This document shows positions 10,829-25,675 of a DNA stretch of 64,000 nt, in pieces. Below the pieces are notes generated by a model. It did not search any database, was not told where the DNA came from, and worked only from the letters and a program-made list of their open reading frames with translations. The stretch lies in NCBI RefSeq assembly GCF_009914755.1, contig NC_060927.1. One strand, written 5' to 3'. The position numbers and the translations under genes were made by a program. Source of the stretch: the human T2T-CHM13v2.0 reference genome, Homo sapiens. Position 1 is the stretch's first letter, and each line of letters starts with the position of its first letter.

Positions 10829-13689
10829 CTAGGCAATGAATGAAGCAGGGCGGGGTAAGAGTCTAGAGGTCTGGATGGTGAGAGTTAACAGATAGGACTA
10901 CTTATTACGGCGGCTGATGCAAAGGAGTAAGTGAGGCAGAAAGGATGTGGCCTCATAATCATTTAGAACCAGATAGGTAATTAGTTCAAGTTATCATCCC
11001 AAGTACTTAACTGAAAGTTTTAGGATCTCCTCAGAGGGCAGTTTCTCCAGCAACTTATTGAGCTGTGTGTGATGTTCTAGGAGTGGGTCTAGCTCACAGG
11101 AGACAGAATGTAATAGGAAAATCACTAGCATGTGCTTCCATGACACACAGAAATAGTGTGGAACGATTTGGCCCAGGGAAACTCCATACTGAACTACACA
11201 ATAATCACTAGGGCTGTGAGCTTGTGTTGGATCCAATAGGAAAGATTTATTTTATAAAGAATGCTAGGGGTTATCATGAATGCAGGATTGCATGCCCTAA
11301 TTGGTATCCTTGAAAATGAAGAGAAATAGTGCAGCTAAAGTTGGTTAATGATATAATTATTTAGTCAAAATAATAATTATAAAATAGACAACTAGAGCAG
11401 TCATTATAGTAAAAGCCAGTGGGAAGTATAATTTAAAGAAGGGCTCAGAGTGAAAAAACGTTAAGTAAAGCTTGAAGTAAAATGAAATGGTGAGCTGTAG
11501 CACACAACACACAGTGAATAAAAGAATAGACTCACAAAATAGTCAAGCCAGAAGAACTTTTGGTGATAATGAAGTCCATAGCAGTTAAGTGACTTGGCTG
11601 AGTCATGAAGACAGCCAACGGGGGGCTGAACACTTCAGGCCTTCTTGTCCAGTGTTTCCCCCAATAAACTATGCAGCCTCTGAAGACACATTGTCATTTT
11701 GCCTTAGAATTATTAATAGAAAAATCCATTTTCCTTATTTATCTTTCAATTGTTATATTGAACTTGTGTCTTCAAATTATTCAAATGAGCTACTTTAAAA
11801 TCACTTTTCAAAGAATAACTGAAAATTATACTCACATGATAAGCATACCAAGATATTGGGAGCTTTGAAACCATGCCCACAATTCTCACCAAAAAAAAAC
11901 TTTTGGACTGATAGTTATTATAAAACTATTACAATAGTTGTTATAACTATCTTACTATAATAAAACTTATTATATTTCCTCAAAATTAAAAAACTCAGAA
12001 AAATAACTTGTTAAGGAGAGTTAAAATGAGTGAAGACTTCTCTCTGAATTAAAGTGTGTGATTATTCTTATGAATAATTTACATAGATTTAGGAAGAATG
12101 TATGAAGTTATTTGTTAGACAAGGAAGGAGGAGTATTAAGTGATATTAATCTTTAAAACAGAAACTAAGCAAGGATGTAGCATCTGTGAATTAGAAACCC
12201 AACCAGAGTTGATAAAATGCTTGTGCTTAAACTTTGATGAGCCTAAGAATAACCAAGTAAAGGATACAGATTTAAAATGCATTATTGAGTAGAAATGGAA
12301 ACAAAAAAAATTCAAGAGTTGTTCTTGTAGTTGTCACTGGTGTTGGACAGCGTTTTGTTGATGATAGAATGTAAAATAAAAATGGTACCTAACAGCAGAT
12401 GGGACACTTCTATTTATCACGGCTAGAGTCATCAATTTATTGCGCTGTATCATAGAAAAAGAAAGTATTGATCATAGCCGTCAACTCCGAAGAAAATCCT
12501 CAACATAGAATTAGAGGGTTCACTGGGAAAAACTAGGCTCCTGCTTTGAGGCAGGTGAGGTCTTGATAGTTCCTTTTGTACGTAAGATAAAGCGCCCATC
12601 AGTGGCGTCTCTAAGGTGCCACAGGTACCATGAAACATCATAACACCAAGAGAAGCCAAAGCTTCATAGTTACCTTGTTACCTGTTGACTTGCTCTGTGT
12701 AGATTATTGAACCTCATACCATTTGCTGCATTGAGAATTTTTTTGCCTACACTGAAAAAACATATTAAGAATTTACAAAATCAACAGTCATTTTTGGAGC
12801 ATAACTATGCAGCTTATGTCACCTGTGAATTTGTTTTATGTGTAAAATAAAATTTAATGCCAACAAGAGACAGCATTATATGGCCACCAAAGTATCTACC
12901 ATTGTCAATAGTCCTTGGATAGTATGTTAAAGTGAATCCTTGAGAAAGTCAGAATTGTTCCACTAAACATGTAAAAAAAAAAAAAGATTGTTAATAATAA
13001 AACAACTAAATGCCAAATTTTTATTGTTTCCTTCTTTAAGAAAATTCCCAAGATGAATTACCTAAAAATATTTGCAACCACTAGGATAGTAAGAAAAGAC
13101 CTGTGATCACATTTCACTGTCTTTTGTGTACTCCTAGTAATGAATCAGTTTCTTTGAGTAAAATCTGCATGCAAGACCTCAACAACTGGAATGTCTGGGT
13201 CAGGGAGTGTTCAGCTTTATTAAATGTCTGATGGTCTTAGGTTTGAATACAAACCCCATTCAGGTTCTGGTTTATTATCTATAGCTCTTTTGAGTGAACA
13301 TACATTTGCAGTCACCACTGTGAATGTCAGTTATCATCACTTTATTTCTTAGGCATAAAAACAATCCCAACTCTTCTTCTGGAGCCTACTTTCTAAAAAC
13401 TAAATCTCTGGCCCCAGTTTATTTTCTATTCCAAAGTTAAAGTCAAATGTAAAATCTATTGCCACTGTGAGTGTTCTGGTTAGCTGAAAATTTTCTATGC
13501 TGTGTCCACTTTTATATGTTAAAATATGACTTAGAAATCCAAAGATACTACTTCTACAATAAAATTATAAATTTGATTTTCCCAAAAGTTATATATGTAT
13601 ACTTATTTGTCACAACAAGATTGTGAAATAAAAAAGGGTGTTACTACTACTGAAACTCACAAAGGTTAAGTCATTCTCTAATTGTCCTC

Positions 13690-14592
13690 TCACAATTCCC
13701 ATTCAACCTATCAGTAATTCCTGCTTCCTCTACTCCCAAAATGAACCCAGAATCCAACCACTTCCATGGGCAGCCACTTCCTGAGACCTTCCATTATCTC
13801 TCACCTGGATTACCACAATAGCTGGCAAATAGTGTTCCTGTTTCAAGTCACTGCTTCAATCAGTAACAAGAGCATTTATTTTAAAATGTGCACCAGATCT
13901 CGTTACTCTTCTGCCAGAACCCTGCGGTGAATCCTATTTCACTTAGGATAAAGGCCGAATGCAGCCCTGACCATGATGACAAGGCCCCACTTGCTCTTAT
14001 TTTCTGTATCTCTCATCACTCACCTCCTACTTGTCCCCCTTTGCTCACCTTGCTACAGCCACCCTCATCTGCATGCTGTTCTTCAAACACGCAAGGCATG
14101 TTCCTGATTCAGTTGCTGGAGCTGGCTTTACCTGCTGCTCTTGCCTCAAATGTTCACGTGGCATCCTTCTCCATCTACTTGGAATCGCTGTTCAGTCCTT
14201 ACCTTCCTGGTGATACCTACCCTTACCATCTGTTTACAATTACAACTTTAGCCAGGCACAATTGTATGCACTTGTTCCCAGCTACTTGGGAGGCCGAGGT
14301 GGGAGGACTGCTTGAGCCCAGGACTCAGTCCAACCGCGTCAACATAGTGAGATGTCGTCCTTAAGAAACATAAACGTTTTTCATTGCAACTTCCCTAACA
14401 CTCTCTTATCTTGATTCCTCTATTTTGTAAATTATGTCACTTATGATTTGTTTGCTCTCAAATCACCCCCCCGCCCATTAGAATGGAAGCTCATGAGGAA
14501 GGAATTTCTATCATGGATGTATCCTGAGTACCTAAAACAGTTCCTGAAACACATCACGCTGTCATCAAAAATCAGCTAAATAAATAAATGAA
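13690..14592 (+). mobile_element. L2 3' region containing a FLAM-like monomer (14250-14370)
   Basis: L2-type text (TCACCTGGATTACCACAATAG; AGAATGGAAGCTC) ending in a TAAATAAATGAA tail; monomer flanked by TTACAACTT/TTGCAACTT. Confidence 0.7.
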
Positions 14593-15903
14593 GGAAACAT
14601 ACATGAGAGCTCAATCACACATTTTTTTTTCTTTGTTGCTACTATTGTTTCGTTTTCCTGACTAATTGGGTTAGAACAGCACTGTTAGGCTCTGGGAACA
14701 CCTTTACTTGGGATTAGTCATATAACCCAGTGGGCCAAGAAATAACAGAGAAAGTGAACAATATCCAGTTCCCTGAAGTGGTTTGTAAAAATCTAACAGG
14801 TTAGGATATTCAATATATGCAATGTGGTGCTGAATTTAGTAATGGCGCCTGGATTAAACAGCATCAGAAAAAGACTCCATCTGTCCCATAGAGTAATGTG
14901 AGGACAGAGTAGAATGGAAATTGGTGGCAGTTCTGGGGTTTCATTAAATGCGTCAGTCAGGTAGAGATAGGAAATTGCTTTGGCCCAGAGCACATTGCTC
15001 ACCACATGCTAAGAAAATATGCAGAGAAACTTCGGGTCAAATGGCTCTGCCTTCTCCTAGGTTAACAGGAAAACCCAGGGTCACAGCTATGGAAAAATGG
15101 GCAGTGGTAGCCATAATAAAAGATTAGGAATTACGGACCAGTTATACCCACTGTCATTCAAAATTGACAATGCATTCCCATTTATTATAACACCTCAAAC
15201 CAAAAAACAAAAGGAAAAGAAAAGAAAGAAATACTAAGATTACATTCCTATAAAAAAATTCAGGGAACCCTGTATTCTAATTATCATGAGAATGATATTC
15301 AAAGTCTCTCCAACCCCCGGCTCTTGAAAACATTTAAGCAGAATTTTCCAATATATTCCCTGATTGATTTTTTTTCCTTGAAGCTGAATAAGAAAAATGA
15401 TCATTTGCCTAATGGAAAGATATGACCATCTCAAATCAGCTTTCTGATTCAAATAATGCTTATAATCAAAAGGATGTCTTTTAAGGTTTAGAAAATACTG
15501 TAAAATGGATTTTTGTGCTGGCAATACCCTATAGATATTTGCTTAAAGGGATACTGTCTCAATGGAATTGACTCTATTCTAGTGCCAACATCTTAATTTA
15601 AGCAGACACATTGTATTAGAAACCTTTACTTATAAAAGAATCAGGGGGAATAAAATTATTTAGGCATGCCACTTGGTTTCAGCAAACTACATAAAGATAT
15701 ACCCCAGAACTTGAGCTTGTAATAAAGTACAGCCTTGCCATTTGTGTGAAATCCTGTCTAGTCTTAAAATCTGGCAAATACAATGCATAATTAGAAAATG
15801 TGCCTGACTATTAGGAAAATGAAACTCATTGAACTAGACTTAGTCAATTTGTTTGCTCCATATTTCAAGCAAAGAAATATTTCATATTCCATCACAAAAT
15901 AAT

Positions 15904-18900
15904 GTGCCCCTCTGGGACAAAGCTTCCAGAGGAAGGAACAGGCAGCAATCTTTGCTGTTCTGCAGCCTCCGCTGGTGATACCCCGGCAAACAGGGTCTAG
16001 AGTGGACCTCCACAGCAAACTCCCGCAAACTCCTGCAAACTTGCAGCAGAAGGGCCTGACTGTTAGAAGGAAAAATAACAAACAGAAAGGAATAGCATCA
16101 ACATCAACAAAAAGGACATCCACTCAGAAACCCCATTTGAAGGTCACCAACATCAAAGAACAAAGGTAGATAAATCCATGAAGATAGGGAGAAACCGGCA
16201 CAAAAAGGCTGAAGATTCCCAAAACCAGAATGCCTCATCTCCTCCAAAGGATCACACCCTTACTAGCAAGGGAACAAAACTGGGTGGAGAATGAGTTTGA
16301 TGAATTGAGAGAAATAGGCTTCAGAAGGTGGGTAATAACAAACTCCTCCAAGCTAACGAAGCATGTTCTAACCCAATGCAAGGAAGCTAAGAACCTTGAC
16401 AAAAGGTTAGAGTAATTGCTAACTAGAATAACCAGTTTAGAGAACAATATAAATGACCTGACAGAGCTGAAAAACACAGCACGAGAACTTCGTGAAGCAT
16501 ACACAAGTATCAATAGGTGAATCGATCAAGGGAAGAAAGGATATCAGAGATCGAAGATCAACTTAATGAAATAAAGCATGGAGAAAAAATTACAGAAAAA
16601 AGAATGAAAAGAAATGAACAAAGCCTCCAGGAAATAGGGGACTATGTAAAAAGACCAAAGCTAATTCTGATTGGTGTACCTGAAAGTGACGGGGAGAATG
16701 GAAGCAAGTTGGAAAACACTCTTCAGGATATTATCTAGGAGAACTTCCCCAATCTAGCAAGACAGGTCAACATTCAAATTCAGGAAATACAGAGAACACC
16801 ACAAAGATACTCCTTCAGAAGAGCAACCCCAAGACACATAATCGTCAGATTCACCAAGGTTGAAATGAAGGAAAAAATGTTAAGCGCAGCCAGAGAAAAA
16901 GGTTGGGTCACCCACAAAGGGAAGCCTATCAGACTAATAGCAGATCTCTCTGCAGAAACCCTACAAGCCAGAAGAGAGTGGGGGCCAATAGTCAACATTC
17001 TTAAAGAAAAGAATTTTAAATCCAGAATTTCATATCCAGCCAAACTAAGCTTCATAAGTGAAGGAGAAATAAAATCCTTTACATAAAAGCAAATACTGAG
17101 AGACTTTCTCACCACCAGGCCTGCCTTACCAGAGCTCCTGAAGGAAGCACTGTAACATGGAAAGGAACATCCAATACCAGCTACTGCAAAAACACACCAA
17201 ATTGTAAAGACCATCGACACTATGAAGAAACTGCATCAACTAATGGGCAAAATAACCAGCTGGCATCATAATGACAGCATCAAATTCGCCCATAAAAATA
17301 TTAACCTTAAATGCAAACAGGATAAATGGACCAATTAAAAGACACAGACTAGCAAATTGGATAAAGAGTCAAGACCCATCAGTGTGCTATATTCAGGAGA
17401 CCCATCTCACGCGCAAAGACACAAATCAGCTAAAAATAAAGGGATGGAGGAATATATACAAAGCAAATGGAAAGCAAAAAAAAAAAAAAAATCAGGGGTT
17501 GCAATCCTAGTATCTGATAAAACAGACTTTAAACCAACAAAGATCAAAAGAGACAAAGAAGGCCATTAATAATGGTAAAAGGATCAATGCAACAAGAAGA
17601 GCTAACTATCCTAAATATAAATGCCCCCAATACAAGAGCACCCAGATTCATAACTCAAGTTCTCAGAGACCAACAAAGAGACTTAGACTCCCACACAATA
17701 ATAGTGGGAGACTTTAACACCCCACTGTCAATATTAGACACATCAATGAGGCAGAAAATTAACAAGGATATTAAGGACTTCAACTCAGCTCTGGACCAAG
17801 CAGACCTAATAGACATCTACAGAACTCTCCACCCCAAATCAACAGAATATACATTCTTCTCAGCACCACATCACACTTATTCTAAAATTGGCCACATAAT
17901 TGGAAGTAAAACACTCCTCAGCAAATGCAAAAGAACAAAAATCATAACAGTCTCTCAGACCACAGTGCAATCAAATTAACTCGGGATTTAGAAACTTACT
18001 CAAAACCTCACAACTACATGGAAGCTGAACAACCTGCTGCTGAATGATTACTGGGTAAATAACAAAATGAAGGCAGAAATAAAGATGTTCTTTAAAACCA
18101 ATGAGAACAAAGACACAACATATCAGAATCTCTGGAACACAGCTAAATCAGTGTTTAGAGGGAAATTTATAGCACTAAATGCCCACAAGAGAAAGCAAGA
18201 AAGATCTAAAACTGACACCCTAACATCACAATTTAAAGAACTAGAGAAGCAAGAGCAAACAAATTCAAAAGCTAGCAGAAGACAAGAAATAACTGAGATC
18301 AGAGGAGAACTGAAGGAGATGGAGATATGAAAAAACTCTTCAAAAAAATCAATGAATCCAGGAGCTGGTTTTTTGAAAAGATCAACAAAATACATAGACC
18401 ACTAGCCAGACTAATAAAGAAGAAAAGAGAGAAGAATCAAATAGACACAATGAAAAATGATAAAGGGGATATCACCACTGCTCCCACAGAAATAAATACA
18501 AACTACCATCACGGAATACTATAAACATCTCTATGCAAATAAACTAGAAAATCTAGAAGAAATTGATAAAATCCTGGACACATACACCCTCCCAAGTCTA
18601 AACCAGGAAGAAGTCAAATCCCTGATTAGACCAATAACAAGTTCTGAAATTGAGGCAGTAATTAATAGTCTACCAACCAAAAAAAGTCCAGGACTAAATG
18701 GATTCACAGCCGAATTCTACCAGAAGTACAAAGAGGAGCTGGGACCATTCCTTCTGAAATTATTCCAAACAATAGAAAAAGAGGGAATCATCCCTAACTC
18801 ATTTTATGAGGCCAGCATCAACCTGATACCAAAACCTTGCAGAGACACAACAAAAAAAGAAAATTTCAGGCTAATGTCCATGATGAATATCAATGCAAAA

Positions 18901-21251
18901 ATCCTCAATAAAATACTGGCAAACCGAATTCAGCAGCACATCAAAAAGTTTATCCACAATGATCAAGTTGGCTTCATCCCTGGGATGCAAGGCTGGTTCA
19001 ATAAACATAATCAATCACATGAACAGAACCAATGGCAAAAACTCATGATTATCTCAATAGATGCAGAAAAGTCCTTCAACAAACTTTAACAGCCCTTCAT
19101 CCTAAAAACTCCCAATAAACTAGGCATTGATTGAACGTATCTCAAAATAATAAGAGCTATTTATGACAAACACACAGCCAATATCATACCAAATGGGCAA
19201 AAACTGGAAGCACTCCCTTTGAAAACTGGTGCAAGACAAGGATGCCCTCTCTCACCACTCCTACTCAGCATAGTATTGGAAGTTCTGGCCAGGGCAATCA
19301 GGCAAGAGAAAGAAATAAAGGGTATTCGAATAGGAAGAGAGGAATTCAAATTGTCTTTGTTACCAGATGACACGATTATATATTTAGAAAACCCCATCAT
19401 TTCAGCCCAAAATCTCCTTAAGCTGATAAGCAACTTCAGCAAAGTCTCAGGATACAAAATCAATGTGCAAAAGTCACAAGCATTCTTATACACCAATAAT
19501 AGGCAAACAGAGAGCCAAATCATGAGTGAACTCCCATTCACAATTGCTACAAAGAGAATTAAATACATAGGAATACAACCCACGAGGGATGTGAAGGACC
19601 TCTTCAAGGAGAACTACAAACCACTGCTCAAGGAAATGAGACAGGACATAGAGAAATGGAAAAACATTCCATGATCATGGATAGGAACAATCAATATTGT
19701 GAAAATGGCCATACAGCCCGAAGTAATTTATAGATTCAATGCTATCCCCATCAAGCTACCAATGACTTTCTTCACAGAATTAGAAAAAACTACTTTAAAT
19801 TTCATATGGAACCAACAAAGAGCCCACATAGCCAAGACAATCCTAAGAACAAAACCAAAACAGCATGGCACTGGTAGCAAAACAGATATATAGACCAATG
19901 GAACAGAACAGGTGTCTCAGAAATAACACCACACATCTACAGCCATCTGATCTTTGACAAACATGATGAAAACAAGCAATGGGGAAAAGATTCTCTATTT
20001 AATAAATGGTGATGGGAAAACTGGCTAGCCATGTGCAGAAAACTAAAACTGGACCCCCTCCTTACACCTTATACAAAAATTAACTCAAGATGGATTAAAG
20101 ACTTAAATGAAAGACCTAAAACCATAAAAACCCTAGAAGAAAACCTAGGCAATTCCATTTAGGACATAGGCATGGGCAAACACTTCATGGCTAAAAGACC
20201 GAAGCAATGGCAACAAAAGCCAAAATAGACAAATGGAATCTAATTAAACTAAAGAGCTCCTTCACAGCAAAAGAAACTATCATCAGCATGAACAGGCAGC
20301 CTACAGAATGGGAGAAAATTTTTGCAATCTATCCATCTGACAAAGGGCTGATATCCAGAATCTACAAAGAATTCAAACAAATTTATAAGAAAAAAAACAA
20401 CCCCATCAAAAAGTGGGCAAAGGATATGAACAGACACTTCTCAAAAGAAGACATTTTTGCGCCCAACAAACATATGAAAAAAAGCTCATCATCACTGGTC
20501 TTTAGAGAAATGAAAAACAAAACCACAATGAGATACCATCTCACACCAGTTAGAATGGCAATCATTACAAAGTCAGGAAACAACAGATGCTGGAGAGGAT
20601 GTGGAGAAATAGGAAAGCTGTTACACTGTTGGTGGGAGTGTAAATTAGTTCAACCATTGTGGAAAACAGTGTGGTGATTACTCAAGGATCTAGAACCAGA
20701 AATACCATTTGACCCAGCAATCCCATTACTGGGTATATACCCAAAGGATTATAAATCATTCTACTGTAAAGACACATGCACACATATGTTTACTGCAGCA
20801 CTGTTCACAATAGCAAAGACTTCAAACCAACACAAATACCCATCAATGATAGACTGAATAAAGAAAATGTGGCATATATATACCATGGGATACTATGCAG
20901 CCATAAAAAAGGATGAGTTCATGTCCTTAGCAGAGACATGGTTGCAGCTGGAAACCATCATTCTCAGCAAACTAACACAGGAACAGAAAACCAAACACTG
21001 CATGTCCTCACTTATAAGTGGGAGTTGAACCATGAGTACACATGGACACAGGGAGGGAAACATCACATACCAGGACCTGTCAGGAGGTGGGGAGCTAGGG
21101 GAGGGATAGCATTAGGAGAAATACCTAATGTAGATAACAGGTTGATGGGTGCAACAAACCACCATGGCACATGTATACTTACGTAACAAACCTGCACGTT
21201 CTGCACATGTACCTCAGAACTTAAAGTATAATATAATAATAATAATAATGT
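15904..21251 (+). mobile_element. Near-full-length, 5'-UTR-truncated dead LINE-1 (L1PA7-like) with ORF1 (~16184-17200) and ORF2 (~17271-21030) remnants
   Basis: ORF track gives ORF1 and EN/RT/Cys peptides broken by stops and frameshifts. The ORF1 ATG reads ATA and there is a short ORF2 deletion near 19850. It ends in an (AAT)n tail with probable TSD AATAATGT (15898-15905 / 21244-21251). Confidence 0.95.
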
Positions 21252-21314
21252 CTTTAGGGAAAGCTGCAATATACTCTGCTCATAAAGGTCAATTTCCTGT
21301 AACAGGAAAATCAT

Positions 21315-21540
21315 GTGGGTTTTAATGGTAGACAGACTTGGTTTCAAATTCTGGCTCTAACATTTACTTACCACGTAATATTTGGTATTACTTAACTAAA
21401 TCTCAGTTTCCTCAATCTGTAATATGAGGGAATAATAGGGAGGTACTTACCTCAATGAGTTTTTTATGATGATTTTAAAAGATAATACATGTAAATCATC
21501 TTATATATAGAGGTACTAAATAAATGGAAGTTATTGTTTA
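21315..21540 (+). mobile_element. MIR
   Basis: Core TCTCAGTTTCCTCAATCTGTAATATGAGGGAATAATA. Confidence 0.75.
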
Positions 21541-22944
21541 TGTTCTTTAAAAAATCATACTAATGTGCTCAAATACTCTGGTAGCCTAGAAGAAGGACAA
21601 AGACATACCTGAAAAAGAAGGGCTATGATTTTTGAGTGTATTTTCATCTTTCTTTTTCTTTCTCACTATTATCTGTCTTCTGCACTGTTATCTGTCTTCC
21701 TGCTGTAGATTGTAGCACAATGTCGTAGTTATTTGTTCTCATGTTATAGTCCATTTTATACCTGAAGCAAAAAAAGAGGCAGCAGGTGAAGGTGTTTGCT
21801 TTGTAATTTTATTATTCCTCTACAATTCCTAGTACAGGTCCTTATAAACAGGAAGCACTCAGTAAATACTGGATACAAAGATGAATCAAAACAAAATATG
21901 TGTTGGCTTCCTAAGCACTTCTGAGAATTAGGGGAGATAATCTTTAAAGTGCACCTTGAAGACTGAGCAAAGGACAATGGACAAATTGCAGGAGTGGATA
22001 TAATAGGAAAGTGTTCTCTAGGCAGAGAGAATTCATGTAGTAGGGCAGGGAAATCAGAAACAGCATGGCATGGTTGAGAAACTACAATAAATTTAGCATG
22101 GCTGGAGTACAGCAACATTTGCTCATATTTCAGAAAGCACCAAAGAACAAGTCTGATGTGCTAAAGAGGAATTGTGGAAAATGTTTTTTGTTTTTTTTTT
22201 TTTGGTGAGGAAATGCTGGGCCTGTGATCTGTTTTATATGCCTTTGTGAGCTAAAATTATCTTAATAGGCAGTTTACTCAGAAGAGCTTTCTTTGTGACT
22301 ATAGACGCTGTGTTCTTCCTTCTTTTTATTCTCCTCAAAAATGGAAAAGCACCGGCAGCACTTCTAAAATTCTAGTCAAAAACCTGAAATTTTTCTGGAG
22401 TAGTTGGGTTACTCTTAAAAATCTATCACAATTCTAGTACCAACCTTCTCCAATACGCAAATAAGTTTTGTCTTCTAACTATATTTATAAGTCAGTTGCC
22501 TAGAACTCAGAATACAGACACTAAAGAAAAGATGGCAGTAAATTTCCTTGGCTTATCCATGGTCTTCAGGCTTTGGGCTCAGTGATTTTTCTCCACCACC
22601 CTACACTGTCTCCCACTTTTCTTTCCTTTTCAATTTCACCTTTCACTAAACCCCCACACTCATTGTTGAATGTCACACGCATATGTGCATTTGTACAGAG
22701 TATCATTTTATGCAAGTAAGATTTGGAAGTACTCCCTTCCAGACCCCAGTATTTTCAATGTACCAATGGACATAGTCAAAGATTTTGTCATACAAATCAT
22801 TGTAAATATATAGTATCATGAAAGTACACCTAGCCTTTTCCACTTGTGCAAATTATTGGCACATGGAGACCAAAGTCTTGGAGGCTCGATACTTGTGAAT
22901 GTCACTAAAATCTATTAAATATTAGAAAAAAGTTATAGTTGTTT

Positions 22945-23537
22945 TGAAATGGAACAGGGACCCCTTTTTGGAGCCTACTGGGTTCCTCCCTTCCCTCCTC
23001 TCACTACTGCACGGAAATAAGGAAAAACAAAATTCATCCTTTCAAAGGAAATTCCAGGTACCTAGCTAGCCCCACAACCAGTAATTAAAGAAGTAAATAT
23101 ACAACTTGCTAAAGAAGAAGATAACAATAGTTTAAACAATAGTGACTCAACTAACATAAGAGTCACAAGATACTGTTTTCTATAGAAACTGAAGTTAGTA
23201 ACTTGACATATGTCTTTGAGTTATTTATCAGAAAAACAAGGACCCCCACCAGATGCAAAACACTGACTACTTTCATGTAGACCTCGACAGACTAGAACCA
23301 AAAACTGGATAAGGAAGTCCCAGAAATTCCCCAGCCCTTAACTCACTTTAGCAATCCCCTCACCCTTCCCTTTAAAAACCCTTGCTTGTAAGCTTATCAT
23401 GGTGTTCAGGTCTTCAGCATTAGCTGCCTGCTCTCCTGGCTTGGCACCCTGCAATAAATGCTTTTCTTTCTCTTACTGCGTACCTTCATGCTGGTGTTTG
23501 CCTTTACTGCACAGGTATAGTGAATAGGTTCAGTGAT
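22945..23537 (+). mobile_element. ERV1 (MER4-group) solo LTR, subfamily uncertain
   Basis: Starts TGAAATGGAACAGGGACCCC; GGAAATTCCAGGTACCTAGCTAGCCC motif; TATA-like CTTTAAAAA and AATAAA at LTR-like spacing. Confidence 0.7.
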
Positions 23538-23859
23538 AGCTTCTGTATCTGCCTTACCTCCTTCAGAGAACTGTAAGTTCCTCAAGACCCTCACTTAAAG
23601 TAGGGCATGGCTTTCATTCATTGCTGTAGGCATCACTGTATTTTAATAAAAACTCCGCTATGTACTGTGCACTCTGCTAAGCATTTTCCATAAATTATAT
23701 AAACTCTGATAAGGTAAGTACTACTAATGTGATCTTCACTTTATGGTGAAACAGGTGAATTAAACTTCCCACAGTCAGAAAGCTTATTAGTGGCAGATTC
23801 AGAACTTAAATCCAAGTCCGTTGACAACAAGCACCATGCTTTTTCATTTGTTATATGTA

Positions 23860-24165
23860 TGTCAAATGACAAAATTACAAGAAATTTAGCTTAAAGATCT
23901 AGTTGGATTTTATTTGTGATTCTAGAAGGGAGCAACACCTCATTCTGTAAAACCGAATGAGTACTCCACTGAGCTGAGCAGAGGAGGTTGGCTGTATAAG
24001 AAGAAAAGAGCTGAAGAAAGCAGAAACAGAGAAAAAAAACAGATCAGTCATTTCAACATTACTTCCTTGTAGGATTAAAACAGAGGCGACTTCCTTACTG
24101 CTGACTCAGGTTGACTGGAATCTCCTGGGTTTTTTTTTCAGAGAAACTGGTGCATTTCAAAGTCA
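23860..24165 (-). mobile_element. Partial ERV1 LTR
   Basis: Begins TGTCAAATGACAAAATTACAAGAAATTTAGCTTAAAGATC, with TTTATT (minus-strand polyA signal) shortly after. Confidence 0.5.
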
Positions 24166-24886
24166 ATTATTGACTTTTGCTTCATGTTGTTATATTATAT
24201 ATTTCACTCTCCACAACTTTCAAGATTTAAAAAAACCTATGTAAAATTATATTTTAAAACTAGTTTTCATGGGAAGACCTTTCTATTGCTTCCTTCCTTT
24301 AGTTTTTAAATCAGTTGCCAAGAACTTCATTCTAATATCTGTTTTGCTTGTAAAAATTTGCTTTCAAAAATATATAAAATTATTTTCTTAAAAAAATGTT
24401 TAACTTTCCACCTGATAAAGCCACTCATTTTCATTCAAGGAAGAAATAGCCCTTTATATATTTCGTTTGTTTGCCAATCTTGCATCATTTTTTTTAAATT
24501 ACCATTATTTGAGGTAAATAAGCCTTAGTTAATAGGCTTAGCATTTGCAAACAATTAATTTTACAGATAAAGATAACACCCTGGTATTAGCATTATGCAT
24601 ACTTGACAATGCAAACACATCTATTTGCATACTTATCCTCAGATTTTCAAACATATCCTCATTAGAAGCAGTTCCAGGAAAAACGTAGCCTCCCTGGAAT
24701 TTATGTTGTTAAACACTTAGTCTATTCAATAATGCTTCTTGATTAGTCTCTACAATTTTAACCTCATAATCAAAAGGTGCTAAATTATTACTAAAAGTTT
24801 ATGTCATGTACTTAGTTCAATATTACACAATCTTTGGATCTCAGACCTCCTACCACATCATTACCAAGAGCTTAGATAAACTGTCC

Positions 24887-25610
24887 TTTCAGCAGCTGTG
24901 AATCCATAAGGCTCTGCAGCAAATCGATTCTGGCTTCCTCAGAGGAAAAAATTCATCTGAGGGGCATAAGGCAGAGTGAGAAATCAAGGCAAGGTTTAGA
25001 GCAGGGGTGAAAGTTTATTAAAAAGCTTTAGAGCAGGAAGAAAAGGAAGTAAAGTGCACTTGAAAGAGGGTCAACCAGGTGACTTGAGAGATTCAAGTGC
25101 ACTGTTTGATCTTTGACTTGGGGTTTTATACATTGGTATGCTTCTGGGGTTTTGCATCTCTTCACTACTGATTCTTCCCTTGAGGCAGACTGCCCACATG
25201 CTTCGTGGCCTGCCAGCACTTGAGAAGGGCCCAAGTGTGTTTACTGAAGTTGTACAGTATGTTTACTGAAGTTGTTCACATAATAATTTGAGGCATTTTC
25301 TCCTTACCAGTCTAGTGTTCCTAGAGGAAGGTCATATACCAGTTAAACTTCACCATTTTCCCTCTCAGTGTGCATCCTTGAGCCCACTAGCCCAATTCCT
25401 GAGATCTTATCAGGAAGCTGGGGATCACCAGCTTCCAGTGTTTTCTATTCATTGGGAGACTGCCTCTCCCTGGCATCAGGTGTGATCAATTATTATTTCA
25501 GAGAGGCAGTTTAACAACTTCCTGACCATCACTTGATGGTTGCCTGACATTTCTTGGTTGGGGGGCACTCTCCTGCCCTACCCATGTCTTCCTAGCTACC
25601 TACTCTAATA
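24887..25610 (-). mobile_element. ERV1 solo LTR (MER50-like)
   Basis: Minus-strand start (TA)TTAGAGTAGGTAGCTAG...GGCAGGAGAG...AATGTCAGGCAACCATCA; 4-bp TSD GTCC on both sides. Confidence 0.75.
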
Positions 25611-25675
25611 GTCCTATCCCAATCCTGTTTACTCTTGTTTCCCAGCCACTAGGACTGTGCCTCCACAGACATGTC

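Noticed and set aside
13888-14364. 158-aa ORF
   Set aside because: It lies in L2 plus FLAM sequence and has no protein-family character.
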